The notes: a model not told the origin generated them from the sequence alone. A stretch of DNA of 64,000 bases from Candidatus Poribacteria bacterium (GCA_963665845.2 OY762492.1:2208001-2272000); one strand, 5' to 3'; positions 31,304-42,882 are shown, numbered from the stretch's first letter. A program made the numbers and translations.

Positions 31304-32353
31304 ATGGCAGATAAGACATACAAGGTCGGCATCGTCGGATGCGGAGGCATGGGACGCGCGCACGCGGGCGCATGGAGCCGCCATGAACGATGCGAGGTGG
31401 TCGCCGCCGCCGATATGACGCTGGCCGCGGCGCAAAAGCTTGCCGAATCGCACAACGCGCGCGCCTACGACGACTACCATAAAATGTTTGAAACCGAGCA
31501 GCTGGACATCGTCTCCGTCACCACATGGCAGAGTGTGCGCGCCGAGATCACCGTCGCCGCGGCGAACGCCGGCGTCAAAGGCCTCTTCGGCGAGAAGCCG
31601 ATGGCTGCCAGCATGGGCGGCGCCCGCGACATGATCGACGCCTGCGAGAAAAACGGCGCCAAACTCGCCATCGGGCATCAGCGGCGATACGGCGCCCAGA
31701 ACGTCGAAATGCGCCGGCTCGTCATGGACGGCGCCATCGGCAAACCGAACGCCGTTCTGCGCCGAGATGCGCACGGGCTGCTCAACCGAGGGACGCATGA
31801 AATCGATGAGATGCGCTACTGGATCGGCGACCCCGATCCGCTCTGGCTCATCGGCAACCTGTCGCGCAAAACCGACCGCTGGGAGCGGCGCGTCCGCACC
31901 GAAGACCTGTGCGCCTTTCTGCTCTGCTTTGAAGGCGGCGCCCGCGGAACCTATGAAAGCGACATGCCCGGACCCGACCTGAACCGCCATATCGTGTACG
32001 GCGAGGAAGGCACCGTCAAGCGCGGACCGGGCGGCTCCGTTCTGCTGTTGAACGCCGACAGCGGCGGATGGAAACAGCTGCCGTCCCCGCCTGTCAACAC
32101 GAACCAGTATCTTGAGTTCATCGAATGGATGGACGGGGAGCGCGACACGCATCGAAACGAAGGCAAGGTCGCCGCGACGACGCTGGAGATCCTCATGGCG
32201 TGCTACGAGTCGGTGCGCGTTCAGGGCGTCGTCACGTTTCCGCTTGAGACGCGCGAGAACCCGCTCGACCTGGTGGTCGAATCGGGCAAGGTTCCGGTCG
32301 AGAAGGAAGGGCGGTACGACATCCGCGCGCCGTTCCCTGAACAGAAGCGGTAA
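31304..32353 (+). CDS. Gfo/Idh/MocA oxidoreductase
   Basis: VGCGGMG, GEKPMA, GHQRRY, GTHEID; GGAG RBS. Confidence 0.9.
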   Translation: MADKTYKVGIVGCGGMGRAHAGAWSRHERCEVVAAADMTLAAAQKLAESHNARAYDDYHKMFETEQLDIVSVTTWQSVRAEITVAAANAGVKGLFGEKPMAASMGGARDMIDACEKNGAKLAIGHQRRYGAQNVEMRRLVMDGAIGKPNAVLRRDAHGLLNRGTHEIDEMRYWIGDPDPLWLIGNLSRKTDRWERRVRTEDLCAFLLCFEGGARGTYESDMPGPDLNRHIVYGEEGTVKRGPGGSVLLLNADSGGWKQLPSPPVNTNQYLEFIEWMDGERDTHRNEGKVAATTLEILMACYESVRVQGVVTFPLETRENPLDLVVESGKVPVEKEGRYDIRAPFPEQKR

Positions 32354-32559
32354 ACGTTTCGGCGGTACGCCCATGCGGGGATTGTCATTTTGACTCAAAA
32401 GCGTCCGCGCCGCCGGTCGTCATTCCCGCGTAAGCGGGAATCTTAAGGCATCGCAGTCGCCGCGCCCGCTCGTCCTTTAAACCCCGCTAGCCCCCCTTTT
32501 CAAGGGGGGAATCGGACGCGGTGGGCGCAATATCTCCGCATGGGAGTACCGCCAACGGT

Positions 32560-33357
32560 TCAGCCGGACGCATGCAGCGTTTTTTCGGACGCTCCGTTCA
32601 GCCCTGAAACGACGGGAAAAGTGCGCGAGCCGCTTTTCGCCGTGTAACGCACCTCCGGCGAGAAGTACGCGTACAATGCCGTATTGCGCGGACGGGGCGA
32701 GCGGTTCGGTCCGGAACCATGGGCGCATAGGCTGTGAAAAAACAGCCCGCCGCCGGCTTTGAGCGGAGCCGCGACCGCGTCCGCCTCGTCGATCTCGTCG
32801 CCGTCCGTGAGCGATTCATGCTGCTCGCGCGCGATGCGCCCGCCCAGCTTCTCTCCCCAGAGATGGCTTTTTGGAATGACGCGGATGCATCCATTTTCCA
32901 GCGTCGAGTCGTTCAGGGCGATGCTGACCGTCACCAGCTTCGGCGGCTCCATCGGCCAATACGCCGAGTCCTGATGGAACCCGTGGGGCGATCCATGCCG
33001 CGCCGGCTTCAACATGAGCGTGCTGCGGAACAGGAGCAGGTCCGGCCCGATCAGGTTTTTCACCTCCCGCAGCACATTCGGATGTTCGGAGAGCCGCCGA
33101 AAGACGTCAGAATGCGCCCGCGTGTTTTCGATTTTGCGCAGCGCGGGCGTTCCGTCTTCCCGCTTGGCCTCTTTGGCGTACGGCTCCTGTTGAAACGACC
33201 CGCCGCGCGGATCCCCTTTCGCCTTCAGCTCCGCGGCGAGGCGGTGAAGCCTGTCCACCTCCAGCCGGCACTCCTCCAGCTCATCCGCCGAGAGCAGCCC
33301 CTCCGCAATCAGATAACCTTCCTCTTCAAAAAACTTCTTCCGATCTTTCAGCGTCAT
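32560..33357 (-). CDS. Phytanoyl-CoA dioxygenase (PhyH) family
   Basis: HQD, ENGCIRVIPKSH, HGSGPN..R. Confidence 0.92.
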   Translation of the reverse strand: MTLKDRKKFFEEEGYLIAEGLLSADELEECRLEVDRLHRLAAELKAKGDPRGGSFQQEPYAKEAKREDGTPALRKIENTRAHSDVFRRLSEHPNVLREVKNLIGPDLLLFRSTLMLKPARHGSPHGFHQDSAYWPMEPPKLVTVSIALNDSTLENGCIRVIPKSHLWGEKLGGRIAREQHESLTDGDEIDEADAVAAPLKAGGGLFFHSLCAHGSGPNRSPRPRNTALYAYFSPEVRYTAKSGSRTFPVVSGLNGASEKTLHASG

Positions 33358-33459
33358 CGCTCATCCTTCCCGCCGTCTCTTTGTCCAAAACCGCAGCATG
33401 CTAACATACCCATCATATACGAATATCGAAGCGAATGAAAGGCTTGGCGCTGACCGGCA

Positions 33460-33627
33460 GTCTCTATAGACGATGATTTCGATTTTTAGAGCGCCGTTTA
33501 GAATGCGGAGGCTGTCTGGAAAAACTCTGGATTCCCGCTTACGCGGGAATGCATGTCCTCGCGTAAGCGGGGGACGGTTTGGATCGGCGGGCCGCCGCGC
33601 AAAATGAAGGCCGCCGCCTGTAGAGAC
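33460..33627. repeat. MITE-like element family 2 copy
   Basis: GTCTCTATAGACG...CGCCTGTAGAGAC; reverse homolog of 6314-6479. Confidence 0.6.
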
Positions 33628-33720
33628 CGCCGTTAGAAGAGGTAGGGTTTAAGCGCGGCGCGATTTGTGCCATGATAGGCTCATACGCACATGCAACCGA
33701 ACACGGATGGAGAGAATCGC

Positions 33721-35106
<1,386 letters not shown>

Positions 35107-35336
35107 TGGACAGACGCGCGGCGCTGTGTTATACTACTTCTGGTTTGTAGATTTCATGTTTGCGCGCGGCATGCGCTTACAACATAATATGCCGCGCGCT
35201 TTTTTATTTTCCAAAGGCGAACAGTTTCAGCGTCCGCCTGCTTGACATATGCGCCTGCGCGCGTCATATTCATGGCGCGGCGGTTCAACCTGCTCAGCGC
35301 ATGGACGGAATAGTCTGCCGGATAAGGAGTTTCTAG

Positions 35337-37250
35337 ATGAGCGATTCGCGCAACATTGACCTGAACGACATTGTTTTAACGCTTGACGATTTCAAGAACA
35401 GCGGCTGGAAAGACGCCCTGGGTCCGCCTGAGGAGCGGCGCTACTCCAAAATGTATCTCAATCTTAAGACGGCGGCGCGAATCGCTTTTGACAAGGATCA
35501 ACCCGCGCGAGGAAAAGCTCTGCTGCTGCTTTCCAACGCCTGCTCCATGATGCTTGAACCTGAATCCCGCAGCGAGCCTTTCAAGCCGATCTACAAAGAG
35601 TTTCCGTCCGGCAGACGATCACACATTCCCGACGATTTTTTGAAGCAAGATTTGGAGTTCTTTGCGGAGATTGTTGAACATATCGACGATGCGCGGTTAA
35701 AAGCCCGTTTGGCTGACATCCTATGGCTGACGGGCGCCCCCCGCAGAGACCATCAAATGGCTCTGACCGCAATTGACAGATACAGGTCGATTCCGCTGGA
35801 CATCGAAAACTGGCGCGACGACGGAAAGGAATGCTGGCATAGAGCTTTCGCATTGGCTTTCATGCAGAGATCGGGCGCGGGCGATCGCGTTGCCGATATG
35901 GAAAAAGCGATTGTCAGAGCGATTGAGTCTGTAGAATGGCCAAACAGTTTTTTCTGCGTTGAGCTGGCAGATTTTCTCAAGTCCCTCAAGCTTGGAAAAA
36001 ATCATACGCTCAAGATTGCGGAAAAGCTGGAGTCTTTCGTTATCAAAGGCAGCCTGTCAAGCATGATTGCAAACCAGTATTGGACAGCGGCGGAATGGCT
36101 TTTTGCCGCCGGCGAAAATGCAAGGGCTGCAAGCGCGCTTGTCAAAATGGCGGAATGCTATGTTCACGACGGCGACATATACGCGTCGGCGGGGGGGCGG
36201 GGACATGCAGCCGCAACCGATTTTTACCTGCAAGCGATCCATGCGTATGAAAGAATACCGAAAAAAGAGCGCGCAGCGCATCAGGCGGACGACCGAATTG
36301 CCGCGCTCAAGAAGAAGCATGAAAAATCGAGAAACAAGATCGCTGGTCAAATGTCGTCTCTCAAGGTTGATACTCCCGCCAACGATCTCATTGGAATCAT
36401 TGAAGAATCCCGCAAGGCAGTAAGCGGCAAAAGTCCGATAGAAGCGTTGGCGGCGCTTGCGCAATTGCATCAAGTCGCGAATGTCAAGGAATTGCGCGAA
36501 AGCGCTGTCGAGATGATGAAGAAGCATCCAACGCTAACATTCCTCGGAAAAACGCACCTGAGCCGCGATGGGCGCATCCTTGGGCATCAACCTGGAACAA
36601 ACCCGTTTGCGGAAATGTCTGAAGACGCTGTCTGCTTTCAAATGATCGAACAACACATGCTCTCGGTTTCTATTGCGGTTCGCGGCATTTTCATTCCCGC
36701 CCTTGATGTTTTGCATCGAGAGCATCGTTTTAGAAAAGCCGATTTTATTGAACTTGCCAGGCAATCGCCCTTCGCGCCTCCTGGACGCGAAACGCTTTTT
36801 GGAAAAGCGTTGTACGCGGGCTACGACTACGACTTTGCAACGGCGATCCATCTCCTGGCGCCGCAGATCGAAAACATGGTCAGGTTTCATCTGAAGCAGA
36901 GCAGCGCGCAAACGACTCATCTGGACAAGAATGAGAGCATTGAGGACGAGGTCAGCTTGAAGTCGTTAATGGAGCGCCCGGAAGCCGTCCAGATATTCGG
37001 CGGAAATTTGAGTTTTGAGATACGCGCGCTATTCTGCGAACGCGTCGGACCCAACCTGCGAAATCTAGTCGCGCATGGGCTGCTAGACGACGAATCGTCC
37101 CACCAGTCCGTTTACCCTGTTTATGCGTGGTGGTTGTCTCTGCGTCTCATGTTCACATCGTTTCTAGACGCGTTGCTGGACGGGTATGAGGAAGACGAGG
37201 CTCCTCAGGAACTGGACGCTGGGCCGCCTGTTGGGCGCGAGGCGTGGTGA
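35337..37250 (+). CDS. DUF4209-domain protein with HEPN-like RxxxxH motif
   Basis: LAPQIENMVR, GPNLRNLVAHGLL, YAWWL; lower GC than flanking genes. Confidence 0.7.
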   Translation: MSDSRNIDLNDIVLTLDDFKNSGWKDALGPPEERRYSKMYLNLKTAARIAFDKDQPARGKALLLLSNACSMMLEPESRSEPFKPIYKEFPSGRRSHIPDDFLKQDLEFFAEIVEHIDDARLKARLADILWLTGAPRRDHQMALTAIDRYRSIPLDIENWRDDGKECWHRAFALAFMQRSGAGDRVADMEKAIVRAIESVEWPNSFFCVELADFLKSLKLGKNHTLKIAEKLESFVIKGSLSSMIANQYWTAAEWLFAAGENARAASALVKMAECYVHDGDIYASAGGRGHAAATDFYLQAIHAYERIPKKERAAHQADDRIAALKKKHEKSRNKIAGQMSSLKVDTPANDLIGIIEESRKAVSGKSPIEALAALAQLHQVANVKELRESAVEMMKKHPTLTFLGKTHLSRDGRILGHQPGTNPFAEMSEDAVCFQMIEQHMLSVSIAVRGIFIPALDVLHREHRFRKADFIELARQSPFAPPGRETLFGKALYAGYDYDFATAIHLLAPQIENMVRFHLKQSSAQTTHLDKNESIEDEVSLKSLMERPEAVQIFGGNLSFEIRALFCERVGPNLRNLVAHGLLDDESSHQSVYPVYAWWLSLRLMFTSFLDALLDGYEEDEAPQELDAGPPVGREAW

Positions 37251-37597
37251 GACAGGGTCGGTTTGTTCCGCGCCGAGGCGACATCATCATTATTGACTTT
37301 GAGCCGCAGGCAGGCAGGGAGATTAAAAAGCGTCGTCCAGCCGTGGTGTTGTCCCCTGACAATTATAACGCCGGCGGACTTGCGATTGTCTGCCCCATCA
37401 CGAGCGACCCGCAAGGCCGCCAAATCAACCGGCCTTTTAGAGTGGCAATCCCGCCAGGATTAAGAGTACATGGGTTGATCTTGGTTGATCAAGTTAAAAG
37501 CTTGGACTGGAAAATGCGAAACGCGCAGCTTGCGGCTCAACTTCCAACGTCAACCATGCTTCTGGTTCAGCGGGAAATTGCCGCGCTATTAATATAG
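37244..37597 (+). CDS. mazF: PemK/MazF family endoribonuclease toxin
   Basis: PRRGDII.IDFEPQAGREIKKRRPAVVLS, CPITS, DQVKSLDW..R. Confidence 0.9.
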   Translation: MVRQGRFVPRRGDIIIIDFEPQAGREIKKRRPAVVLSPDNYNAGGLAIVCPITSDPQGRQINRPFRVAIPPGLRVHGLILVDQVKSLDWKMRNAQLAAQLPTSTMLLVQREIAALLI

Positions 37598-37643
37598 AGC
37601 CTGAAGGATTTATGGAGCGTGAAGAATGCGCATTTTGACGCTT

Positions 37644-38174
37644 CTAAGCCTTCTCCAAAAAAACCGAATCCTCATGGATCGTCGCCTTAAAGTTCATCAG
37701 CGGCTGATTCGCAGGTCCGACGATGACCTGTCCGTCCATTCCAAACAGCGACCCGTGGCAGGGGCATTCCAGCCGTTCTCGGTTCGCGTTGTACTCGTTG
37801 GTACACAGCATGTGGGTGCAGAGCGATGTGTTCGCCGCGACCTCATCCTCCGAGACGCGCGCCAGAAGGATCGGCTCGTTGCCGAATCCATTGTTGTCGG
37901 TTTCGAGCGCCTTGAGAATGTCGGGGTCTTTCACCTCCTGCGTCCCGCCGACCTGTTTCAGCGCCGCCGACATCTCCACCTCGACGCCTTCGGGCGTCTC
38001 GCCGTTCGTCGGAGGGTTGGGGTCTATCGGCGGTTGGGGCTTCGGATCGGGGTCGGTCGGCGAGGATTCGTCTCCGCACCCGACCCAGCCCAAGACCGCC
38101 AGGAGCGCTCCGTTTCGAAGAAACCGCCGCCGCGTCGTCTTATTGTCCATGCTCATCGATTTCCCTTCCGTCAT
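37644..38174 (-). CDS. Tat-exported Rieske [2Fe-2S] protein (probable lipoprotein)
   Basis: TRRRFL twin-arginine signal, VGC, CTH...CPCHGS. Confidence 0.88.
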   Translation of the reverse strand: MTEGKSMSMDNKTTRRRFLRNGALLAVLGWVGCGDESSPTDPDPKPQPPIDPNPPTNGETPEGVEVEMSAALKQVGGTQEVKDPDILKALETDNNGFGNEPILLARVSEDEVAANTSLCTHMLCTNEYNANRERLECPCHGSLFGMDGQVIVGPANQPLMNFKATIHEDSVFLEKA

Positions 38175-38866
38175 AATAGATTTTTCTTTTCTGCTTTTTC
38201 CGCCAGATCCAGTAAATTAAATGACGCCCGTTGTATAAAGTTCTCCCAAGAACGATAACAGCGGACGGAGGCTTTTTTCGGACTCGGCGCCAAGTCCGTT
38301 TTTCCCAACTTTGCGACGAATTCCGACATCACATTATTAATTTGCTGCGCTGTTGGATATTCGGTGTAATTCGGAATTTTTATGGCATCGATAAAACCCT
38401 GATTGATATTGACAGGCACGGTGTTATGATTTGACGGCCAATATTCTTTTTCCTTACGAGTTTTCGGCGTTATATTACCAATTTTGTAATCATGCGACCA
38501 ATGGTAAAAATCATTCTTTAATTTATCGAACAGCCCGCTGGAAATGATCAAAAAATCAAGGTCGGAGGCTCTGTCAAATTTCTTCCCAAATTGGCTTATA
38601 ACGAGCGACGCTCCGAAGCGCGCGCTTCCATTCATACAGACATCCCTCGGATTGACGTCAAGCCTTACGCTAAGCCATGCCCGAACAGATTCGTAAATTG
38701 CCGGGCATTTATGAAACGCATACGGGATTCCTTCTGCAATCCACAATTGGGCAATCGCAGCGCAAGCGTCGCTTCCGCCATCATAGGCAGCTTTGAGCAA
38801 CTGCTTTGGAGACGGGTACGGTTCAGCCAGCTTTTTGAGTGAATCTGCGACTTTGAACGGTTCCAT
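38171..38866 (-). CDS. Putative Pol-beta superfamily nucleotidyltransferase
   Basis: NGSARFG...SDLDFLIIS (GS + DxD); AT-rich; ATG 38866 (ORF track 38899). Confidence 0.6.
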   Translation of the reverse strand: MEPFKVADSLKKLAEPYPSPKQLLKAAYDGGSDACAAIAQLWIAEGIPYAFHKCPAIYESVRAWLSVRLDVNPRDVCMNGSARFGASLVISQFGKKFDRASDLDFLIISSGLFDKLKNDFYHWSHDYKIGNITPKTRKEKEYWPSNHNTVPVNINQGFIDAIKIPNYTEYPTAQQINNVMSEFVAKLGKTDLAPSPKKASVRCYRSWENFIQRASFNLLDLAEKAEKKNLL

Positions 38867-39476
38867 TTGAACTTTCCCGATAGGCTCTAAGATGTCCATG
38901 CATGCGGTCAGCGGTCGCCATGATGTGACGGCCTCTGCGATAAATTTTATCGGTGTGTTTGCGTCCGCACCTTCGAGGTTCTGGATACTTCAACCGCGCG
39001 ACAAGCTTGGCCGCTTCAAGAGGGCTGACCGTTTTCGGATCAATGCCCAACTTGGAACATGCCTGCTTAAAATTATTCATCCCCGACCCGTAATAAGCGA
39101 CCCATAAATAAAGAATCGGCAACCGTCCCTTCGGCACGTTCCTTGTCAAGCGTACCGCAAAAAGGATCTCAACAATCTTCCGTCTCCAAGTTTTTTCAAA
39201 GCGGCCTGTAATTGTCCGGACGAATTGCATCGCGATTGTAGAGCCGCCTTGACTTTCGCCATGGAAGGCTGTTTTCCAAAATGCGCGACAAAGCGCAATC
39301 GCATCCACGCCTGGGTGAAGATAAAAACGGCGATCTTCGCCCGCAATCAAGAAATCGCACATTTGGGGCGTTGGAATTGGATCGGCGCTTTGCCCAATAT
39401 CCTTTTCTATCTGGCGCACTTTATCAAGCAGCAGGAGCCATTGAGCCCGAATTGGGATCCGTTCAACGCCGTTCAT
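38823..39476 (-). CDS. Stand-alone transglycosylase (GT51) domain protein, no membrane anchor
   Basis: EDRRFYLHPGVD, QGGSTIAMQ, RKIVE motifs; no TM or signal peptide. Confidence 0.8.
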   Translation of the reverse strand: MNGVERIPIRAQWLLLLDKVRQIEKDIGQSADPIPTPQMCDFLIAGEDRRFYLHPGVDAIALCRAFWKTAFHGESQGGSTIAMQFVRTITGRFEKTWRRKIVEILFAVRLTRNVPKGRLPILYLWVAYYGSGMNNFKQACSKLGIDPKTVSPLEAAKLVARLKYPEPRRCGRKHTDKIYRRGRHIMATADRMHGHLRAYRESSNGTVQSRRFTQKAG

Positions 39477-39490
39477 TGCCTTTTTCCAGC

Positions 39491-40576
39491 CTAGAGGCTC
39501 AAATTTTTGATGGGAATCCATATGCCGCCCGTTTGCGCCGCCAGCCTACGCTGAAACGGCTCATCAATCCCGATCACATCGACCGTGATGCGCGCCCGGT
39601 ACAACGCCCCCATGACCGCCGCGCCTTTGTAGTCGCCGCCCGCCGCCTCGTCTGTCACAAACACAAAACGGCGCGACGACCCTTCCCGAAACTTCACCTG
39701 TTCAATCGATTTCATGATCGCGTTCAAACCTTTCTCGCCGCCGCTGCACACCACCTTGCGCAGCTCCTTGCGCACCTTTTCCACATTCGAGGTCAGTTTC
39801 ATGAACTTCACCGACTCTTTCATCAGCGGCTGGCGCGTGTGAAAGGTCGCGATTCCGATCTGAAAGTCGAGGCTGCCCCTTTCCAAAACGGACGCCATCT
39901 CTTCAAGGCGGCGCGCGACCGCATAGATGTTGTCCTGCATGCTTCGGCTGATGTCCAGCAAAAAGACGACGTCAACCGGCCCGTCCCCGTCGCTTTTTTT
40001 GATCATTTCTTCGGCGATCATGCGAAGGGGGCTTTTCGGCGCTTCGATGCCCCCCTCTTCGTCCGATAAGCCGTCGGAATGGACCAGCTGCCCTAGACCG
40101 CTGCCGGTACCTGTTCCAAGGCGCCGCCCCGCTCCGTCTCCGCGTCCGCTGTCTGCGGCTCCTCTTGAGGCGGCGCGCGTTCCGGACGGCGTCTCGTTCA
40201 CATCGGCTGAAAGGGTAGACAGTTGAAACTCGGACGACTTCGCGTCCGGCAGCGCCGCGTCGGTTCGCAGCGTCATCGGGCGGGACGGGGACGGCGTCGG
40301 GCGCGCGAGCGTCGGCGCATGCAGGGAGGCTCCAGCTATGTTTTCTTTACGGAATTTCGGACGCTCCGCTTCTTTGCGCATCTTCAGTCGACGCGCCGCC
40401 GGCGCCAGCGAACGTTTTTCGGGTTGAATCAGCTCTGCGGCGATTCCGCCCTCCGTTTGGATATGCTCGCTGACCTGCAGGCTCGCCAGACCAATCAGCA
40501 ACAGCAAATGAAAGGTAAACGACGCGATCAACGCGACGCGCCCCGCTGACGATTTCTTTTGCGTTTCACTGCGCAT
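39491..40576 (-). CDS. Membrane-anchored von Willebrand A domain protein
   Basis: N-terminal TM (SFTFHLLLL), Pro/Gly linker, MIDAS DISRS, FVTDE. Confidence 0.85.
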   Translation of the reverse strand: MRSETQKKSSAGRVALIASFTFHLLLLIGLASLQVSEHIQTEGGIAAELIQPEKRSLAPAARRLKMRKEAERPKFRKENIAGASLHAPTLARPTPSPSRPMTLRTDAALPDAKSSEFQLSTLSADVNETPSGTRAASRGAADSGRGDGAGRRLGTGTGSGLGQLVHSDGLSDEEGGIEAPKSPLRMIAEEMIKKSDGDGPVDVVFLLDISRSMQDNIYAVARRLEEMASVLERGSLDFQIGIATFHTRQPLMKESVKFMKLTSNVEKVRKELRKVVCSGGEKGLNAIMKSIEQVKFREGSSRRFVFVTDEAAGGDYKGAAVMGALYRARITVDVIGIDEPFQRRLAAQTGGIWIPIKNLSL

Positions 40577-40887
40577 ACGACTCCCTCCGAACATCTATGC
40601 AGCATCCTAAATATAGAATACCGCTCAAAGCGGGCAAACGCAAACAGGGCTTTGCAGCGGCAGTACGCTCATACGATGAATTTCATTTTGACCCTAAAGC
40701 GTCGGCGCCGTTTGACGTCATTCCCGCGCAAGCGGGAATCTTAAGGCATCGCAGTCGCCGCGCCCGTCTTTTAAACCCCCTTAGCCCCCCTTTTCAAGGG
40801 GAGAATCAGACGCGCCGCGCCGCGAATATCCTTGTATGGGAGTACTACCTTTGCGGCAGCCGTAAGGGCAGAAGGACGGCCGGGGGT

Positions 40888-41691
40888 CTAAATCCAATTG
40901 CCGGCGCCGTCAAACAGCGCCGACTCCTCATGATCAAACGGGCTGGGATGGTAGGCGCGCGCCGCGCTGACAACATCCACCGGACCGCTCCCCGCTTCCC
41001 GAAGCGTATGCGCAATCTCGCCGGTTGTGGCGCCGGTCGTCACGATGTCGTCCACAAGGAGAAGGCGCCCGCCCTTCGCCCGCGCCGGCAGTTTCGCTTT
41101 AAAAACGCCCTCCAGCTCGCTGCGCCGCGCCTCAAAATTGCCGACGCGCGCCATGATGCGCGTCCGCTTCACGCGGCGCAGCCAGCCCGACCCGACCGGC
41201 AAACCGGTCAACCGACCCAGACGCCGCGCAAGGAGAGACGCCTGATCAAAACCGCGCTCCAAACGGCGGACGCGGTGACCTGGCGCGTACACAACCGCCT
41301 CATAAACCGCCCAGTCGTACAACGGCGGCTCCACTCGAACGATCATCTCCGCAAAATACGGCGCCATATGCGGCTTCCGCCCATACTTCATCGCCAGCAG
41401 CGCCGCGCGCAATACGCCCGAATAATGACCCGCCGCGCGCATCCTGCCGACCGCCCTGTTCGACTCGTTCCGCTGAGGGCAATGCCCGCATCTGTCCAGA
41501 TCGACCGCGCTGGGAACGCCGCAGCTTCCGCACTTGGCGCCATGCCAAAGCGGGATATTCTCCCAGCACCGCATGCATAGAACAGACGAACCGATCCGCT
41601 TGCGTCCGCACAGGCGGCAGTCCATCGGGTAGAGCATGTCCAGCGCGCCGTCCGCCGCCGCCTTGATGAAGGAGAGCGTCCGCTTTTTCAT
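40888..41691 (-). CDS. comF: ComF family protein (double zinc ribbon + PRTase)
   Basis: Several CxxC motifs, ERGFDQA, LLVDDIVTTGAT. Confidence 0.9.
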   Translation of the reverse strand: MKKRTLSFIKAAADGALDMLYPMDCRLCGRKRIGSSVLCMRCWENIPLWHGAKCGSCGVPSAVDLDRCGHCPQRNESNRAVGRMRAAGHYSGVLRAALLAMKYGRKPHMAPYFAEMIVRVEPPLYDWAVYEAVVYAPGHRVRRLERGFDQASLLARRLGRLTGLPVGSGWLRRVKRTRIMARVGNFEARRSELEGVFKAKLPARAKGGRLLLVDDIVTTGATTGEIAHTLREAGSGPVDVVSAARAYHPSPFDHEESALFDGAGNWI

Positions 41692-41715
41692 TCGCTCGGT
41701 TGCGCGCGCCGCGCG

Positions 41716-42687
41716 TTACAGCGGCAGCTGAACCTCCTTGCCCGCCCGACCCGACGCATAGACCGCGTTGAACAGCTCCACCGTTCGGCGTCCGTCATGT
41801 CCGTCGCATGCCGGTTTTTTGCCCTCTTGAATGACGAGAAGGGCGTCTTCAGTGGCGTTGCGCGGGCCCGGGCCGGGGTCTACCTCCACGCCGCTGTCCA
41901 CAAACTCCCACACACTCGGACCTGTGCCGACAATGCCTTTCGTTCCATGCACCTGCACCTGCGTCTGTTGATGCTTTGGGCATGTTGTGGTTGTCAGGAT
42001 CGCGCCGAGCGCGCCGCTTTTGAACTTCACATGCGCGTGGACAAGGTCTTCCGTTTCCACTTCTCGATGCTCCTCGCCGCCGTAGACGCCGAAGTGTCCG
42101 TACACGGAGGCAGGCTCGCCCAGAAACCAGGCAAGCAGGTCCAGCTGATGGACGCCCTGGTTCGCCAGTGAACCGCCGCCGTCCAGCGCCCAGGTGCCGT
42201 GCCAGCCATGGTAGTAGCCGGCGCTGCGCCACCATTTGAGCCGTATTTCGCCCAGAACCAGTTTTCCGAGCAGCCCCTCGTCGATCGCTTTTTTGATGCG
42301 CCGGTTGGCATGGCTGTACCGTTCCTGAAAGTCGACCATGAGATGGACGTTGTTCTCATCCGCGGCGGCGATGAGCGCGTCGCACGCTTCCAAGGACACA
42401 TCCATCGGTTTTGTTGTGATGACATGCTTGCCGTTGTTCGCCGCTTCAACGCCGAATTGGGCATGCATTCCGCTCGGAAGCATCACCCAGACGATGTCCA
42501 GATCGTCTCTTTCGGTCATCTCTTTGTAGTCCGTATGCCCCGCGCATCCGAACTGTTCGACCGCCCTTTTGAGCCGCCCTTCGTCCAGATCGCAGACGGC
42601 GGTCAATTCCGCCCCCTCGGTGGAATTGACCTGATTGGCTCGGTTCATGCCCATGCCTAAACCGACGATGCCAAAACGTACGCTCAT
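41716..42687 (-). CDS. Gfo/Idh/MocA oxidoreductase
   Basis: GIVGLGMG, TKPM, GGGSLANQGVHQLD. Confidence 0.9.
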   Translation of the reverse strand: MSVRFGIVGLGMGMNRANQVNSTEGAELTAVCDLDEGRLKRAVEQFGCAGHTDYKEMTERDDLDIVWVMLPSGMHAQFGVEAANNGKHVITTKPMDVSLEACDALIAAADENNVHLMVDFQERYSHANRRIKKAIDEGLLGKLVLGEIRLKWWRSAGYYHGWHGTWALDGGGSLANQGVHQLDLLAWFLGEPASVYGHFGVYGGEEHREVETEDLVHAHVKFKSGALGAILTTTTCPKHQQTQVQVHGTKGIVGTGPSVWEFVDSGVEVDPGPGPRNATEDALLVIQEGKKPACDGHDGRRTVELFNAVYASGRAGKEVQLPL

Positions 42688-42780
42688 AACGTCTCCTAAC
42701 GTATTGTGTTTAAAGCTGCGCTTTTTGTATCTTAATTGGCGTTTTGGCGCAAGGGCGGCATGAGAACGGAACGATAGCCG

Positions 42781-42882
42781 TTTGAACTAGGATGGAAGGA
42801 TTGAAAGGATTGCCAAGAATGCGGAGCGCGCATGATCCCGATCCTGAAAATCTTTTTAATCTTGGAAATCCTAGTTCAGACA
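42781..42882. repeat. Hairpin repeat family 3 (TGAACTAGGAT...ATCCTAGTTCA)
   Basis: Long imperfect inverted repeat; the same element recurs three times in 58020-58720. Confidence 0.75.

Noticed and set aside
40597-41580. 327-aa plus-strand ORF
   Set aside because: Runs through repeat DNA and antisense to comF
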